Source: an uncultured archaeon (lineage in GTDB: Archaea > Micrarchaeota > Micrarchaeia > Micrarchaeales > CABMGC01). From it: 32,000 bases of DNA. Every line of letters begins with the position of its first letter. The first letter of the stretch is position 1. The stretch spans positions 630,001 to 662,000 of the forward strand of contig OY969902.1 of NCBI GenBank assembly GCA_963704435.1. Reading direction: 5' to 3'. Positions 7,308 through 15,664 of the stretch are shown here, piece by piece. The notes beneath the pieces were generated by a model. The model did no database searches. It saw nothing but the letters and a program-made list of their open reading frames with translations, and had not been told where the DNA came from. Both the position numbers and the translations under genes were made by a program.

Positions 7308-7949
7308 ATGGACGGAATCAAGATCATAGTGGACAACAGGGAGAGAAATCTCGAGATCCTGGAGGGGATATCCGCGCGCGGAGTGGAGATAAGCTTCGCG
7401 CAGCTGCCCGTCGGGGACTACGTGATCTCGGACAGGATGTGCATCGAGAGGAAGACCATCCGCGATTTCGAGGGGTCGGTTATGAACTCCAGGCTGTTCG
7501 ACCAGATGGAACGCCTGAACTCCGGCTTCCAGAAGCCGATACTGCTCATAGAGGGCGACGATTCGGAGTTCCTGATGCGGCCCAATGCAGTGCTTGGCAC
7601 CATCATAAGCCTGTATGCAGACTATAACGTGCAGGTCATCCGGTCAGGGGGCGCGGACGAGACCTCCGCGACGATCGCCAAGCTCGCGGAACGCGAGCAG
7701 GCAAAGGAAAAGAGGGAACCGAGGATTGTGGGCTCGAAAAGGGCGTTCACGAACTCGCAGTGGCAGGTACTGATGCTCAGCTCGATACCTGGGATAGGGC
7801 CGAAGCTCGCGAGATCCCTGATATCGCGCTTCAAGACCGTCAGGAACGTCGCTTCCGCAGCCCCTGAGGAACTTATGGAGGTGGAGAAGGTCGGGAAGAA
7901 GAAGGCGGAGAGGATCTACGCGATATTGAACGAGGAGTTTTCGGAGTGA
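7308..7949 (+). CDS. xpf: Short-form XPF/ERCC4-family structure-specific nuclease with C-terminal (HhH)2
   Basis: IIVDNRER...GDYVISDRMCIERKTIRDFEGS...LLIEGD (ERCC4 GDx(n)ERKxxxD motif) plus IPGIGPKLARSL...VEKVGKKKAERI helix-hairpin-helix pairs. There is no helicase domain. Confidence 0.85.
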   Translation: MDGIKIIVDNRERNLEILEGISARGVEISFAQLPVGDYVISDRMCIERKTIRDFEGSVMNSRLFDQMERLNSGFQKPILLIEGDDSEFLMRPNAVLGTIISLYADYNVQVIRSGGADETSATIAKLAEREQAKEKREPRIVGSKRAFTNSQWQVLMLSSIPGIGPKLARSLISRFKTVRNVASAAPEELMEVEKVGKKKAERIYAILNEEFSE

Positions 7950-7968
7950 CACAGCGCGCCCATCCAGG

Positions 7969-8412
7969 TCATCCGTTCTCTATCTCGGTAAGCGCGACGC
8001 TTCCCGCCGCGCTCTCATCCAGAGTCAGCCTTATCCTTTTGCCCATCTCGATCCCGTTCTTTTCCGCGAACCTTCTAAGCAGCGCCTCGCTCGTCGCGAA
8101 CGCCAGAAACTTCTTGGGATCCTTCGCGCCGCGCTCCCTGATGGCCCTGCCGATGTTCATCGTGCCCGACACCAGGAGCAGCATCTCCATCCTCACACTG
8201 CGCGACCTAGAGATCCTGTCCTTCTGCCTGACGAGCGCATTCATGTACGCCGGGAGCACCCTGTCCTTGGGAGTGCCGTCATAGTCAAGCAGCAGCAGGA
8301 ACTGCTTTTCGCTCGAAGCGGCCCTTGACTTCCCTAGCAGCTCCTCCATGCCTTTGTCGCTGCGGCATGCGCACAAGACCGGTTTTCCCGTGAATTCCAT
8401 GACATCTCGCAT
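7969..8412 (-). CDS. Hypothetical protein
   Basis: A 147-148-aa ORF with genome-typical codon usage (GTG 8415 or ATG 8412 start) lying between xpf and rps8e. I could assign no motif. LLLLDYDGTPKD only weakly recalls a Toprim DxD. Confidence 0.5.
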   Translation of the reverse strand: MRDVMEFTGKPVLCACRSDKGMEELLGKSRAASSEKQFLLLLDYDGTPKDRVLPAYMNALVRQKDRISRSRSVRMEMLLLVSGTMNIGRAIRERGAKDPKKFLAFATSEALLRRFAEKNGIEMGKRIRLTLDESAAGSVALTEIENG

Positions 8413-8478
8413 CACGCCACCTTAAGCTTATTAAAATCGTGCACCCAATATATAATTACTTATTTGTCAGTGATTAGC

Positions 8479-8877
8479 ATGAGCCAATTCGGGTCGCAAT
8501 TCCATGGCAGGTCCCACCGGAAGGGGCTTGGGAACGGAAAGGTCCTTACCAAGTTCAGGGACAAGAGGAGGAGCGAGTCCGGAGGCTACTTCACCGAGAC
8601 GAAGGTAGGGGAGAAGGCGGAGCTCAGGCGCGCGCGCGGAAGGGGCGGAAGCTTCAAGAACAAGCTCAAGCACGCCGGATTCGCGAACATCCTTACGAAA
8701 GGCGGATACAAGAAGGCCAAGATAATTGGAGTCATCGAGTCTCCGGACAACAGGAACTTCGCAAGGCTGGGGATAATAACCAAGGGCACGATAATTAACA
8801 CCGACCTCGGCAAGGCAAAGGTGCTGAACCGGCCCGGGCAGGACGGCAGCATAAACGCGGCTCTCGTGGAAAGGTGA
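8479..8877 (+). CDS. rps8e: 30S ribosomal protein S8e
   Basis: HGRSHRKGLGNGKV...FRDKRRSESGG...RARGRGGSFKNKLK is the S8e signature. ATG 8479 lies ~27 nt downstream of aatatataatta (8447-8458). The track ORF starts at TTG 8464. Confidence 0.9.
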   Translation: MSQFGSQFHGRSHRKGLGNGKVLTKFRDKRRSESGGYFTETKVGEKAELRRARGRGGSFKNKLKHAGFANILTKGGYKKAKIIGVIESPDNRNFARLGIITKGTIINTDLGKAKVLNRPGQDGSINAALVER

Positions 8878-8893
8878 GAACATACCGTCCCGA

Positions 8894-9346
8894 GTGTACG
8901 TCGTAGACGCGTCCGAGGCGGAGCACCTGAAGAAGCTGCTGGCCTACGACCCTTACCTGGATCCCAACCTGATACCAAGGCTCCCGAAGGAGTGGGACGA
9001 CCAGAAATATTTGGATGCGCACCCTGACGTTGCGAAGGAGGCTGAGGAGAAGAAGAGGCAAGCCGGCGAGTCCGCGAAGAGGCTGAGGGAGGACAAGGAG
9101 GCCAACCTGATATTCGCCAGGCAGGACTACCTGGTCAAGGACGGCGCCACCCTGGGGCTCGACAGAGACAAGACGTACCTTTTCCTGAGCGCGATGGAGG
9201 AGTTCCTCGTTCCCGCGGAGGAGAAGCTCAAGAAGAACGTGAAGTCGCTGAAGAGGCTCGACCCCGAGACCGAGAAGAAGGTCATAGAGTCCATAGAGAA
9301 GGAAAGGGAGAGCGCCGAGGAGGGCCTCGGAATGATCTTTGGCTAG
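8894..9346 (+). CDS. Hypothetical acidic/helical protein with a ribosomal P-stalk-like C-terminal tail
   Basis: A 150-aa ORF with a GTG start, 16 nt after rps8e. Its C-terminus ...KERESAEEGLGMIFG resembles the conserved tail of archaeal stalk protein aP1 (...EEALAGLxALFG). The N-terminal region is not P1-like. Confidence 0.6.
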   Translation: MYVVDASEAEHLKKLLAYDPYLDPNLIPRLPKEWDDQKYLDAHPDVAKEAEEKKRQAGESAKRLREDKEANLIFARQDYLVKDGATLGLDRDKTYLFLSAMEEFLVPAEEKLKKNVKSLKRLDPETEKKVIESIEKERESAEEGLGMIFG

Positions 9347-9353
9347 TGGTTGC

Positions 9354-10256
9354 ATGAACCTGCTCGGAATCGACGACCTATCAAAGGAGCAGATAAACGA
9401 CATATTCAACGTAGCGGACGGCATACGCTCCGGAAAGACTACGATGTCTGTGAAGGAAGGGTCCGTGCTCGCTCTGCTTTTCGAGAAGCCGTCCACAAGG
9501 ACGAGGGTCTCGTTCGAGGTCGCAATACGCAAGCTCGGCGGTTCATCGATATACATAGACTCGCGCACCTCGCAGATATCGCGCGGAGAGACGATAGCAG
9601 ACACCGCCAGGGTGCTGAGCCTTTACGTGGACTTCATAGTCGCGAGGATGCATCGCCACGACGACGTGGTCGAGTTCGCGCAGAATTCCGCGGTGCCCGT
9701 CATAAACGGGCTAAGTGACGTCGCGCACCCCACCCAAGCCCTTGCCGACATGTACACGATAGGCGACGTGAAGAAAAAGATCAAGGGGGTCCGCATAGCG
9801 TTCGTCGGCGACGTGGCCCAGAACACTGCAAACTCGCTGATTCTCGCGGCGACCAAGCTCGGCGCGGAGATGGCGCTCATAAGCCCCAAGAACTACCAGC
9901 CCAACTCGAGATACCTGATAAGGGGCAGGGAGTATGGGGTGGTCGACATCTACGACAGCATGAAGGAGGGCCTGGCGAACGCGGACATAATCTACACGGA
10001 CACGTTCGTAAGCATGGGATTCGAGAACGAGGCCGAGCAGAGGAAGAAGCTGTTCGCCGACTATCAGATAAACAGCACGACGCTCGACTATGCGCCTAAG
10101 AGCGCGCTCGTGATGCACCCCCTTCCTGCGTTCAGGGGAGAGGAGATAACGGCAGACGTGCTGGAGGGCCCTAGGAGCATAGTGTGGGAACAGGCCAAGA
10201 ACAAGCTGCTTCTGGCGCAGGCGATACTGATCTACCTATCGGAGAACAGCGACTGA
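9354..10256 (+). CDS. argF: Ornithine carbamoyltransferase-family transcarbamylase
   Basis: FEKPSTRTRVSFE (STRTR carbamoyl-phosphate site), HPTQALAD, DTFVSMG (SMG loop typical of OTCases rather than ATCases) and MHPLPAFRGEEIT (HPLP in place of the usual OTCase HCLP). ATG 9354 gives MNLLGIDDLSKEQ; the track ORF starts at TTG 9339. Confidence 0.8.
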   Translation: MNLLGIDDLSKEQINDIFNVADGIRSGKTTMSVKEGSVLALLFEKPSTRTRVSFEVAIRKLGGSSIYIDSRTSQISRGETIADTARVLSLYVDFIVARMHRHDDVVEFAQNSAVPVINGLSDVAHPTQALADMYTIGDVKKKIKGVRIAFVGDVAQNTANSLILAATKLGAEMALISPKNYQPNSRYLIRGREYGVVDIYDSMKEGLANADIIYTDTFVSMGFENEAEQRKKLFADYQINSTTLDYAPKSALVMHPLPAFRGEEITADVLEGPRSIVWEQAKNKLLLAQAILIYLSENSD

Positions 10257-10258
10257 CG

Positions 10259-10975
10259 CTACTCCCCCCACATCTCTGCGGTTATCCTCTTCTTGTCCAC
10301 CCCCAGGCCCATCAGCGCCTCCGTAAGCGTCTTGACGAAAGGCATCGGGCCGCAGACGTAGCACATCCTGTCGGACAGGTCGGGCACGTACTTCTGGATC
10401 ATGACGGAGTCTATGCGGCCCGTCTGCCCGGTCCAGCCGTCGCCTTCCTTCGGCCTCGTGACGGTGATAGCCAGCTTCATCCCGGCATGGTCCACGAAAT
10501 CCTGCAGCTCGTCCTTGTATATTATCTCGTACGGGAACCTGACGCTGTATATGGTATTCGCGTCTATGCTTATGCCCTTGCCCTTCACGTACTTTATCAT
10601 GGACAGGAACGGGACGATTCCAGAGCCCCCCGCGAGGAAAAGGAACTTCTTTCCGGGCTCGGCGTCTATCTTGAACATCCCGTACGGGCCAGATATGTAG
10701 TATATGTCTCCGGGCTTGGCAACCTCCAGCTTTCCCGTGAGCTTTCCATGTATCAGGGTTATTACGAAATCGAAATAGTCGACGCCCGGCACGCTCGATA
10801 TGGAGTATGCCCTGGCTATCTCCTCACCCGTCGCGCTGTCCCTGTGCATGAGCATGGCGAACATGCCCGGGGAGAAGTCGACAACCGTGCCGTCCTGGGA
10901 CCTGAACCTGAAGCAGGAGATGTCAGGACTGATCTTCTCTATGCTCTCAAGCACGTACGGTTTTTTGACCATCAT
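10259..10975 (-). CDS. FAD/NAD(P)-binding oxidoreductase, ferredoxin-NADP reductase / PyrK-like family
   Basis: RAYSISS (RxYS flavin-binding motif), GPYG, FLAGGSGIVP (NAD(P)-binding motif) and a CYVCGPMPF C-terminal motif. No Cys cluster for a 2Fe-2S centre is visible. Confidence 0.75.
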   Translation of the reverse strand: MMVKKPYVLESIEKISPDISCFRFRSQDGTVVDFSPGMFAMLMHRDSATGEEIARAYSISSVPGVDYFDFVITLIHGKLTGKLEVAKPGDIYYISGPYGMFKIDAEPGKKFLFLAGGSGIVPFLSMIKYVKGKGISIDANTIYSVRFPYEIIYKDELQDFVDHAGMKLAITVTRPKEGDGWTGQTGRIDSVMIQKYVPDLSDRMCYVCGPMPFVKTLTEALMGLGVDKKRITAEMWGE

Positions 10976-10982
10976 AGAATCA

Positions 10983-11570
10983 TCAAAGGATTATTGCCAC
11001 GGCGACCACGGCGATTATCGATAGCAATATTACTCCCGCAGACTTCAGGACGCTGACGCCCTGCTGCCTGGAAAGCGCAAGCACCAGCGTTAGCAGCTCC
11101 CATAGCGCAGAGATCAGCAATGCGATCGCTCCAACGATCGGCATGGGGCTGAGCCAATAGAGCAGTATGACCGGCAACGTCGCGTACATTGTCGCAGTGA
11201 ATGTCGCATCGAATTTGTTCTTGAAGGATCTTAGGAGTATCTTGCCGAAAAGGTGAAATATTGCCGCACCCAAAGCCATCCCGATCGGTTCGATGACCCA
11301 CGCCACCACCGCCGCAAGCACTACCGCGCCCAGCGGCCCGAGGGAAGCGAGATAGGTCAGCGACATCGCGTTCCCGAACATAGCAAAAAAGCCATGTGGG
11401 AAAATTACCGCGGCTATGATCAGCAGCACCGCGGGCATTAGCGAGAATTTGTAATAGAACCTTAGCGCATCCCCAACGCCCATCTTTCTTCCGGATTTTT
11501 TCCCAGGGTGCAGGATGATGCTCACGCCACTTCTAAGCTCATCGATGAAGATCACAAGGCCACCAAACAA
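10983..11570 (-). CDS. Polytopic membrane protein (Yip1-like, tentative)
   Basis: 195 aa with about 5 hydrophobic helices after a short soluble N-terminus. TTG start at 11570 (alternative ATG 29 codons in). It is co-oriented with the wHTH gene upstream and the oxidoreductase downstream. Confidence 0.55.
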   Translation of the reverse strand: MFGGLVIFIDELRSGVSIILHPGKKSGRKMGVGDALRFYYKFSLMPAVLLIIAAVIFPHGFFAMFGNAMSLTYLASLGPLGAVVLAAVVAWVIEPIGMALGAAIFHLFGKILLRSFKNKFDATFTATMYATLPVILLYWLSPMPIVGAIALLISALWELLTLVLALSRQQGVSVLKSAGVILLSIIAVVAVAIIL

Positions 11571-11629
11571 TTATGCCAGAGCATATTTTAAGCCTTTACC
11601 CAAGCCAAAGGCGCCCCGCCCTTCAAGAA

Positions 11630-11965
11630 TCAGTTTTTGGGGCTGGCGGAGGCGCTCTTTACCATGCTCTCGCACTTCTCCACGAGCTTTATGACCTCCT
11701 TGAGCTTCGGGTTTATCCCGTAGCCGAGGTCGTACCCATGCTCGGTCCTTATGTGGGTCGGCTGGAGCACGTTCAGGTTCATCGAGAGGTTCCTGAGCGT
11801 TATTATGAGCGTCTTTCGGGTGAAGCTCTTCCCAAGGACAGCGTACAGCTCCCTCGTGGTCCTGGGGGACTTCGCCATCAGCAGCTTCAGGACGGCGAAA
11901 TTGGGCCTGCTCATCAGTTTCCTGAGCATCCAGATTTCGTCCTCCCCCTTCTCCTTCTTCGCCAT
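11630..11965 (-). CDS. Small winged-helix DNA-binding protein (putative transcription regulator)
   Basis: The 111-aa sequence ...NFAVLKLLMAKSPRTTRELYAVLGKSFTRKTLIITLRNL... follows an ArsR/PadR-like wHTH pattern. It is divergent from the pilus operon, and a tttatata box lies ~27 nt upstream (complement of 11989-11996). Confidence 0.6.
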   Translation of the reverse strand: MAKKEKGEDEIWMLRKLMSRPNFAVLKLLMAKSPRTTRELYAVLGKSFTRKTLIITLRNLSMNLNVLQPTHIRTEHGYDLGYGINPKLKEVIKLVEKCESMVKSASASPKN

Positions 11966-12048
11966 GTTTCATATTTTCTACGATACATTATATAAACATA
12001 TTCAATCTGTACGGCAGGCCATGATGTCATACCAAGATAAAACGCGCG

Positions 12049-12064
12049 GCGCAGCGCGCTGCGC
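12049..12064. promoter_or_regulatory. 16-bp perfect GC palindrome (gcgcagcgcgctgcgc) between the two divergent TATA boxes
   Basis: This is the only GC-rich element in the otherwise A/T-rich 11966-12109 intergenic region. It lies between the wHTH TATA (11989-11996) and the ATPase TATA (12077-12086), so it is a candidate operator. Confidence 0.35.
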
Positions 12065-12109
12065 GCCCGCAGCAAGGTATAATAAGTTTCTGTTGCATTA
12101 AACTACAAT

Positions 12110-13642
12110 ATGTTTTACTTAGATAAAAGATTATCTACTTTAGTAAATAGAATATCTCCAGCTCGCAGGCCCGTGGAAGAACCGCGCGCGGAGTCGCGGA
12201 TTGGATTCAGCATCGAGACGCCCGGCGCACTCGAAGACGTCGAGCGCATCGGTGGGACGATTCCCCGCTCGATAGCCCGGTCGGGATCGGATTTCATCTA
12301 CCTTCTCGGAAGCGGGATGAAGGGCATCGGTCCCCTGGAATCGCGCCAAATGTCCTTGGCGAAGTCATCCGTAATAGAAGAGCTGTCAAAGGGGACGGAG
12401 GACGTGGGAATGGCCTCATTCAGAAGGGCAAGAGAAATCGCAGCGCGCGAGATTCGCCCGCATCTGGATGGGGAGCGTGCGGACTACCTCTCTTATCTCG
12501 TGGCGCACGACACCGTCGGCTACGGCCCCATCAGCCTGCTCCTGGAAGACAAGGCAAACCTCGAGGAGATAGAGGTGAACTCGCCTTCGAACCCCATAAG
12601 CGTTTACCACGTCAAGTACGGCAGATGCCCGACGAACATCCGGTTCTCGAGCGAGTCGAGCTTCAGGCACAGCATAAACAAGCTCATATGCGACACGGAC
12701 AAGGAGCTCGGTGAGGACTCGCCCATAGTCGATGCGCAGGTGGCGGACGCCAGGATCCACGCGCAGCTGAAGCCGTACGCGCTCAGCGGCGCCGTCGCTT
12801 CGATAAGGCTAGGCCGCGGAAAGACCGTAGGCCTGGATTATATCATAAACAAGGGCACCGCTACCCCGGACCTGCTCGCCTACGTGTGGCTCGCCATGGA
12901 CTCGGGAAGGAACATCGTAATCGCCGGATCCCCTGCTAGCGGCAAGACGACCCTGCTCAGTGCGCTATTCTCTTTCATCCCGCGCTTCGAGAAGTCGGTG
13001 ACAATAGAGGAGGATATAAACGAGCTGAAGGCCAGAATGGAGATAACGAACACCATAGAGCTGTACGGCTCGCGCTACGGGGGAGTCACTACGAGGGAGC
13101 AGGTGATAAACGCGTTGAGGCTGAGGCCCAGCAGGCTCATTGTGGGCGAGGTCCGCGGCGAGGAGACGAGGGAGCTCTTCGCCAGCGCGAACCTGGGCAT
13201 ACCCTTCATAACGACCATGCACAGCAGCGCGGGCGGGATGGACCTGATAAAGAAGCTGCTCATAAGGCCCATGGGCGTCGAGAGCAGGTCCCTTAGCATG
13301 CTGGACGTCGCGCTCTACATGCGCCACGCGGACATCTCGAGAAGGGTGCTCAGCGACGTGTTCGAGTACAGGTGGCTCAGCAGGGCCGAGACCGACAAGA
13401 CGGATACGGAAGTGGGTGACGGGGACGCGGTGGAGATAGCCAGCATAGTGAGCGGAGGCAGGCTCGACACGGGCGCGCTGCAAGGGTCTAAGGTGGTCGA
13501 CGCGTACTCCAGGAAGAGCGGACTGTCCAAGAGGCTGGTGCTCAAGGAGTTCGACAAGAGGTCGTCATTCCTCAAGGAAGCGTGCGCTAGCGGCGCCACC
13601 TCCGGAGGGATAGCCGAGAAGGTGCAGCACTATGGTTGGTGA
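12110..13642 (+). CDS. Type IV pilus/archaellum-family secretion ATPase (VirB11/FlaI/EpdL/TadA-like)
   Basis: Walker A NIVIAGSPASGKTTLLSALF, RPSRLIVGEVRGEETRELF (Asp/Walker B region) and PFITTMHS (His box). A gtataataag box lies 26-33 nt upstream of the ATG. Confidence 0.9.
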   Translation: MFYLDKRLSTLVNRISPARRPVEEPRAESRIGFSIETPGALEDVERIGGTIPRSIARSGSDFIYLLGSGMKGIGPLESRQMSLAKSSVIEELSKGTEDVGMASFRRAREIAAREIRPHLDGERADYLSYLVAHDTVGYGPISLLLEDKANLEEIEVNSPSNPISVYHVKYGRCPTNIRFSSESSFRHSINKLICDTDKELGEDSPIVDAQVADARIHAQLKPYALSGAVASIRLGRGKTVGLDYIINKGTATPDLLAYVWLAMDSGRNIVIAGSPASGKTTLLSALFSFIPRFEKSVTIEEDINELKARMEITNTIELYGSRYGGVTTREQVINALRLRPSRLIVGEVRGEETRELFASANLGIPFITTMHSSAGGMDLIKKLLIRPMGVESRSLSMLDVALYMRHADISRRVLSDVFEYRWLSRAETDKTDTEVGDGDAVEIASIVSGGRLDTGALQGSKVVDAYSRKSGLSKRLVLKEFDKRSSFLKEACASGATSGGIAEKVQHYGW

Positions 13643-14375
13643 TGGCCTGCGCAAACCCAGGGGGCAGCACCCGCGGATCCTGGGCATGTTGCGCGATGTG
13701 GCCCGCGTGGGCTTCGCCGCGGCCGCACTTGCATGCCTGTTGGTGCTAGCGAACGGCGTGCGCGATCCGCTCTTGGCGGTCCTGCTGGTACTGGTCTCGC
13801 TGTTCTTCGTGCTCGCGGTCTCGCTCCTGCTCAAGGCGAACGGGAAGTCCTACGCAAGGAAGGGGCTCCGCGACGGGATGGCGGAGTGCCTATACCTGGT
13901 CATCTATTACCGCTCGAAGAAGGGATCCTACATGAAAGCAATAGACAGGGCATCTGCAAGCGCAGATTCAAATGCGCTCAGATCTCTTATGGTGCGCGCC
14001 TCCAAGGCATTCAGCCTAGGCGGCTCGTTCTTAGGGAGCATCGTATCCTCAAAGGAGCTGAAGTCGGACGCGCTGCTGGAAAACCTGGAATCGGGCACTG
14101 ACGACATCCGCGCCATAAACGGCATCGTATCCGCGCACTGCTTGTATATGAATGCGAGGCGCGCCGCCATCGAAGAGTCGTCACAGAGGTACGCGATATT
14201 CAACATGTTCGTTTCAACAATCCTGCCCTCCTTCGTACTGTTTGCGTTCGTCGGCAGCACAATAATGTCGCAGGCGGGTTTCAGCCTCCTTGCGCTTTCG
14301 GTTTTGCTCGTCATACTGATTCCGCTCATTTATGCGATGGGAAATTCCCTTATGTGGAGGCGATTGTTTGCTTGA
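13632..14375 (+). CDS. Pilus platform membrane protein, single T2SSF-like domain (TadB/EpdJ-like)
   Basis: The layout is two N-terminal TM helices, a ~110-aa cytoplasmic helical domain and two C-terminal TM helices. It overlaps the ATPase stop by 11 nt. Position and topology match FlaJ/TadBC-family platform proteins; no HMM search was run. Confidence 0.65.
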   Translation: MVGDGLRKPRGQHPRILGMLRDVARVGFAAAALACLLVLANGVRDPLLAVLLVLVSLFFVLAVSLLLKANGKSYARKGLRDGMAECLYLVIYYRSKKGSYMKAIDRASASADSNALRSLMVRASKAFSLGGSFLGSIVSSKELKSDALLENLESGTDDIRAINGIVSAHCLYMNARRAAIEESSQRYAIFNMFVSTILPSFVLFAFVGSTIMSQAGFSLLALSVLLVILIPLIYAMGNSLMWRRLFA

Positions 14376-15021
14376 ATCTGCAAGGACCGCGTTCAGGCGC
14401 GAAAAGGTTTCGGATGCTGAGGTGATAACCTTCGCCAGGCTTCTCCTGTATGAGTACCGGCGCTCGGGGTCGCTGACGAAGGCGCTAGCCAAGGCGCGCA
14501 AATCGCGCAGGCTACCCCCGCTCGCCACGCACCTCATAAGGAAACTCGAGATCGCGCAGACGGCGGAGAACCTGAATGTGAACAGGGCGGGCGCCCTCAT
14601 GAAGGAGCTTCTCCTTATAGTCGCGCACGGAATGGAGACCGGAGCGAACGTGTGTGAGTCGATCGACCTGTTCATAGCCCGCGCCTCTCGCGAGGTAGAG
14701 CTGAGCAACAAGTTAAGGGTCAGGATGGGGGGAGCGCAGGCGCTTACGCGCCTGGGCATGGGGGTGTTCTTCCCGCTTTTCAGCAGCATAACCGCAATCA
14801 TACTCCAGAGCTCGTCCAGCCTTTCCGGAAGCGCACCGGCGAGCCAGCTTGGCCTTGCGGCGCTCTCTTGCTCCTATGTTCTGATTACGCTGTATCTCTC
14901 AGCCGCGTTCGCGCATCCCGAGAACGCGGTGTCGAGAAACGTCATATCAATGCTTCCATACTTCGCGTCGGCGCTGGCCATCCTTGCGTTCGTGCCGCGC
15001 GTGCTGACTCACGTTATTTGA
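14332..15021 (+). CDS. Pilus platform membrane protein, second single T2SSF-like domain (TadC/EpdK-like)
   Basis: A ~135-aa cytoplasmic helical domain is followed by three TM helices. The start overlaps the preceding gene (ATG 14332, or TTG 14368 for an 8-nt overlap). Confidence 0.65.
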   Translation: MRWEIPLCGGDCLLESARTAFRREKVSDAEVITFARLLLYEYRRSGSLTKALAKARKSRRLPPLATHLIRKLEIAQTAENLNVNRAGALMKELLLIVAHGMETGANVCESIDLFIARASREVELSNKLRVRMGGAQALTRLGMGVFFPLFSSITAIILQSSSSLSGSAPASQLGLAALSCSYVLITLYLSAAFAHPENAVSRNVISMLPYFASALAILAFVPRVLTHVI

Positions 15022-15030
15022 GGTGGAAAA

Positions 15031-15294
15031 ATGGGACTAACCGAAAACATAAGGGAAGCATTGGTTCCTACCAATGCCGCCGCGCTGCTAGCGCTGGCAA
15101 GGAGCAGGAAGGCGCAGGGCTCGATGGAGTATATAATGATGATCGCCGCAGCGAGCATCGTCATAGTGCTGGCCCTCGCCATGGTCGTGAAGCTGAAGGG
15201 CGCTGCGGTTAGCAGCGTGTCGATCAACGGCACGAACATGAGCGTATCGGACGCGATATCGAAGGAGTTGGGCTCCTTGTCAAGCGGTGCGTGA
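15031..15294 (+). CDS. Class III signal peptide (type IV pilin-like) protein, short pilin
   Basis: ...ARSRKA|QGSMEYIMMIAAASIVIVLALAMVV: a basic residue, a small residue at -1, Gln at +1, Glu at +5, then a hydrophobic helix (QxSxExxxL-type motif of archaeal Epd-type pilins). The leader is unusually long (~30 aa). Confidence 0.75.
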   Translation: MGLTENIREALVPTNAAALLALARSRKAQGSMEYIMMIAAASIVIVLALAMVVKLKGAAVSSVSINGTNMSVSDAISKELGSLSSGA

Positions 15295-15664
15295 GACGAG
15301 GGCCCAGCTGTCACTAGAGCTCATGCTCTACGTGGCCTTAGCCGGACTTTCGCTGGCGTTCGCCCTCGGAATCTTTTCCAGGGAAGTCTCTGCGGTAGGA
15401 AAGGGCGTCGGCGCATTTGAGATGTCGCAGTTCGTTGGTGCGCTTAACGACAAGCTGCTTAGCGGATCGGCGGGCGGATTCAGCGTGTTCCTCCCGCCAG
15501 GCGTCTGCAACTCGACGCTGTCCAACGCATCGCTGCTCAGCGCCCAGGGCGTGTTCTACCTGGTAAGGCCAGTGGAGGCGGGCAATGCGCTGTGCCCCGA
15601 CGGGACTTCAGCCGCGCTGAGCATAGGATACAACGGGACGGTGGCTTACCTATCGCGTGATTGA
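15287..15664 (+). CDS. Class III signal peptide pilin-like protein
   Basis: (GTG)MRETRA|QLSLELMLYVALAGLSLAFALGIF has Gln +1 and Glu +5. Two Cys and NxS/T sequons are present. It overlaps the upstream gene by 8 nt. Confidence 0.7.
   Translation: MRETRAQLSLELMLYVALAGLSLAFALGIFSREVSAVGKGVGAFEMSQFVGALNDKLLSGSAGGFSVFLPPGVCNSTLSNASLLSAQGVFYLVRPVEAGNALCPDGTSAALSIGYNGTVAYLSRD

Noticed and set aside
12110-12175. AT-rich first ~50 nt of the ATPase ORF might be promoter rather than coding, with a later GTG start at 12173
   Set aside because: A TATA-like box at 12077-12086 sits at the right distance for a leaderless ATG at 12110, so the long form was kept. The start remains uncertain.
14320-14380. Frameshifted pseudogene of a single FlaJ-like platform gene
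   Set aside because: There is no homopolymer or obvious indel context. Each half has a complete domain-plus-TM layout and its own start codon, and split TadB/TadC or EpdJ/EpdK arrangements are known. Read-level data would be needed to exclude this fully.
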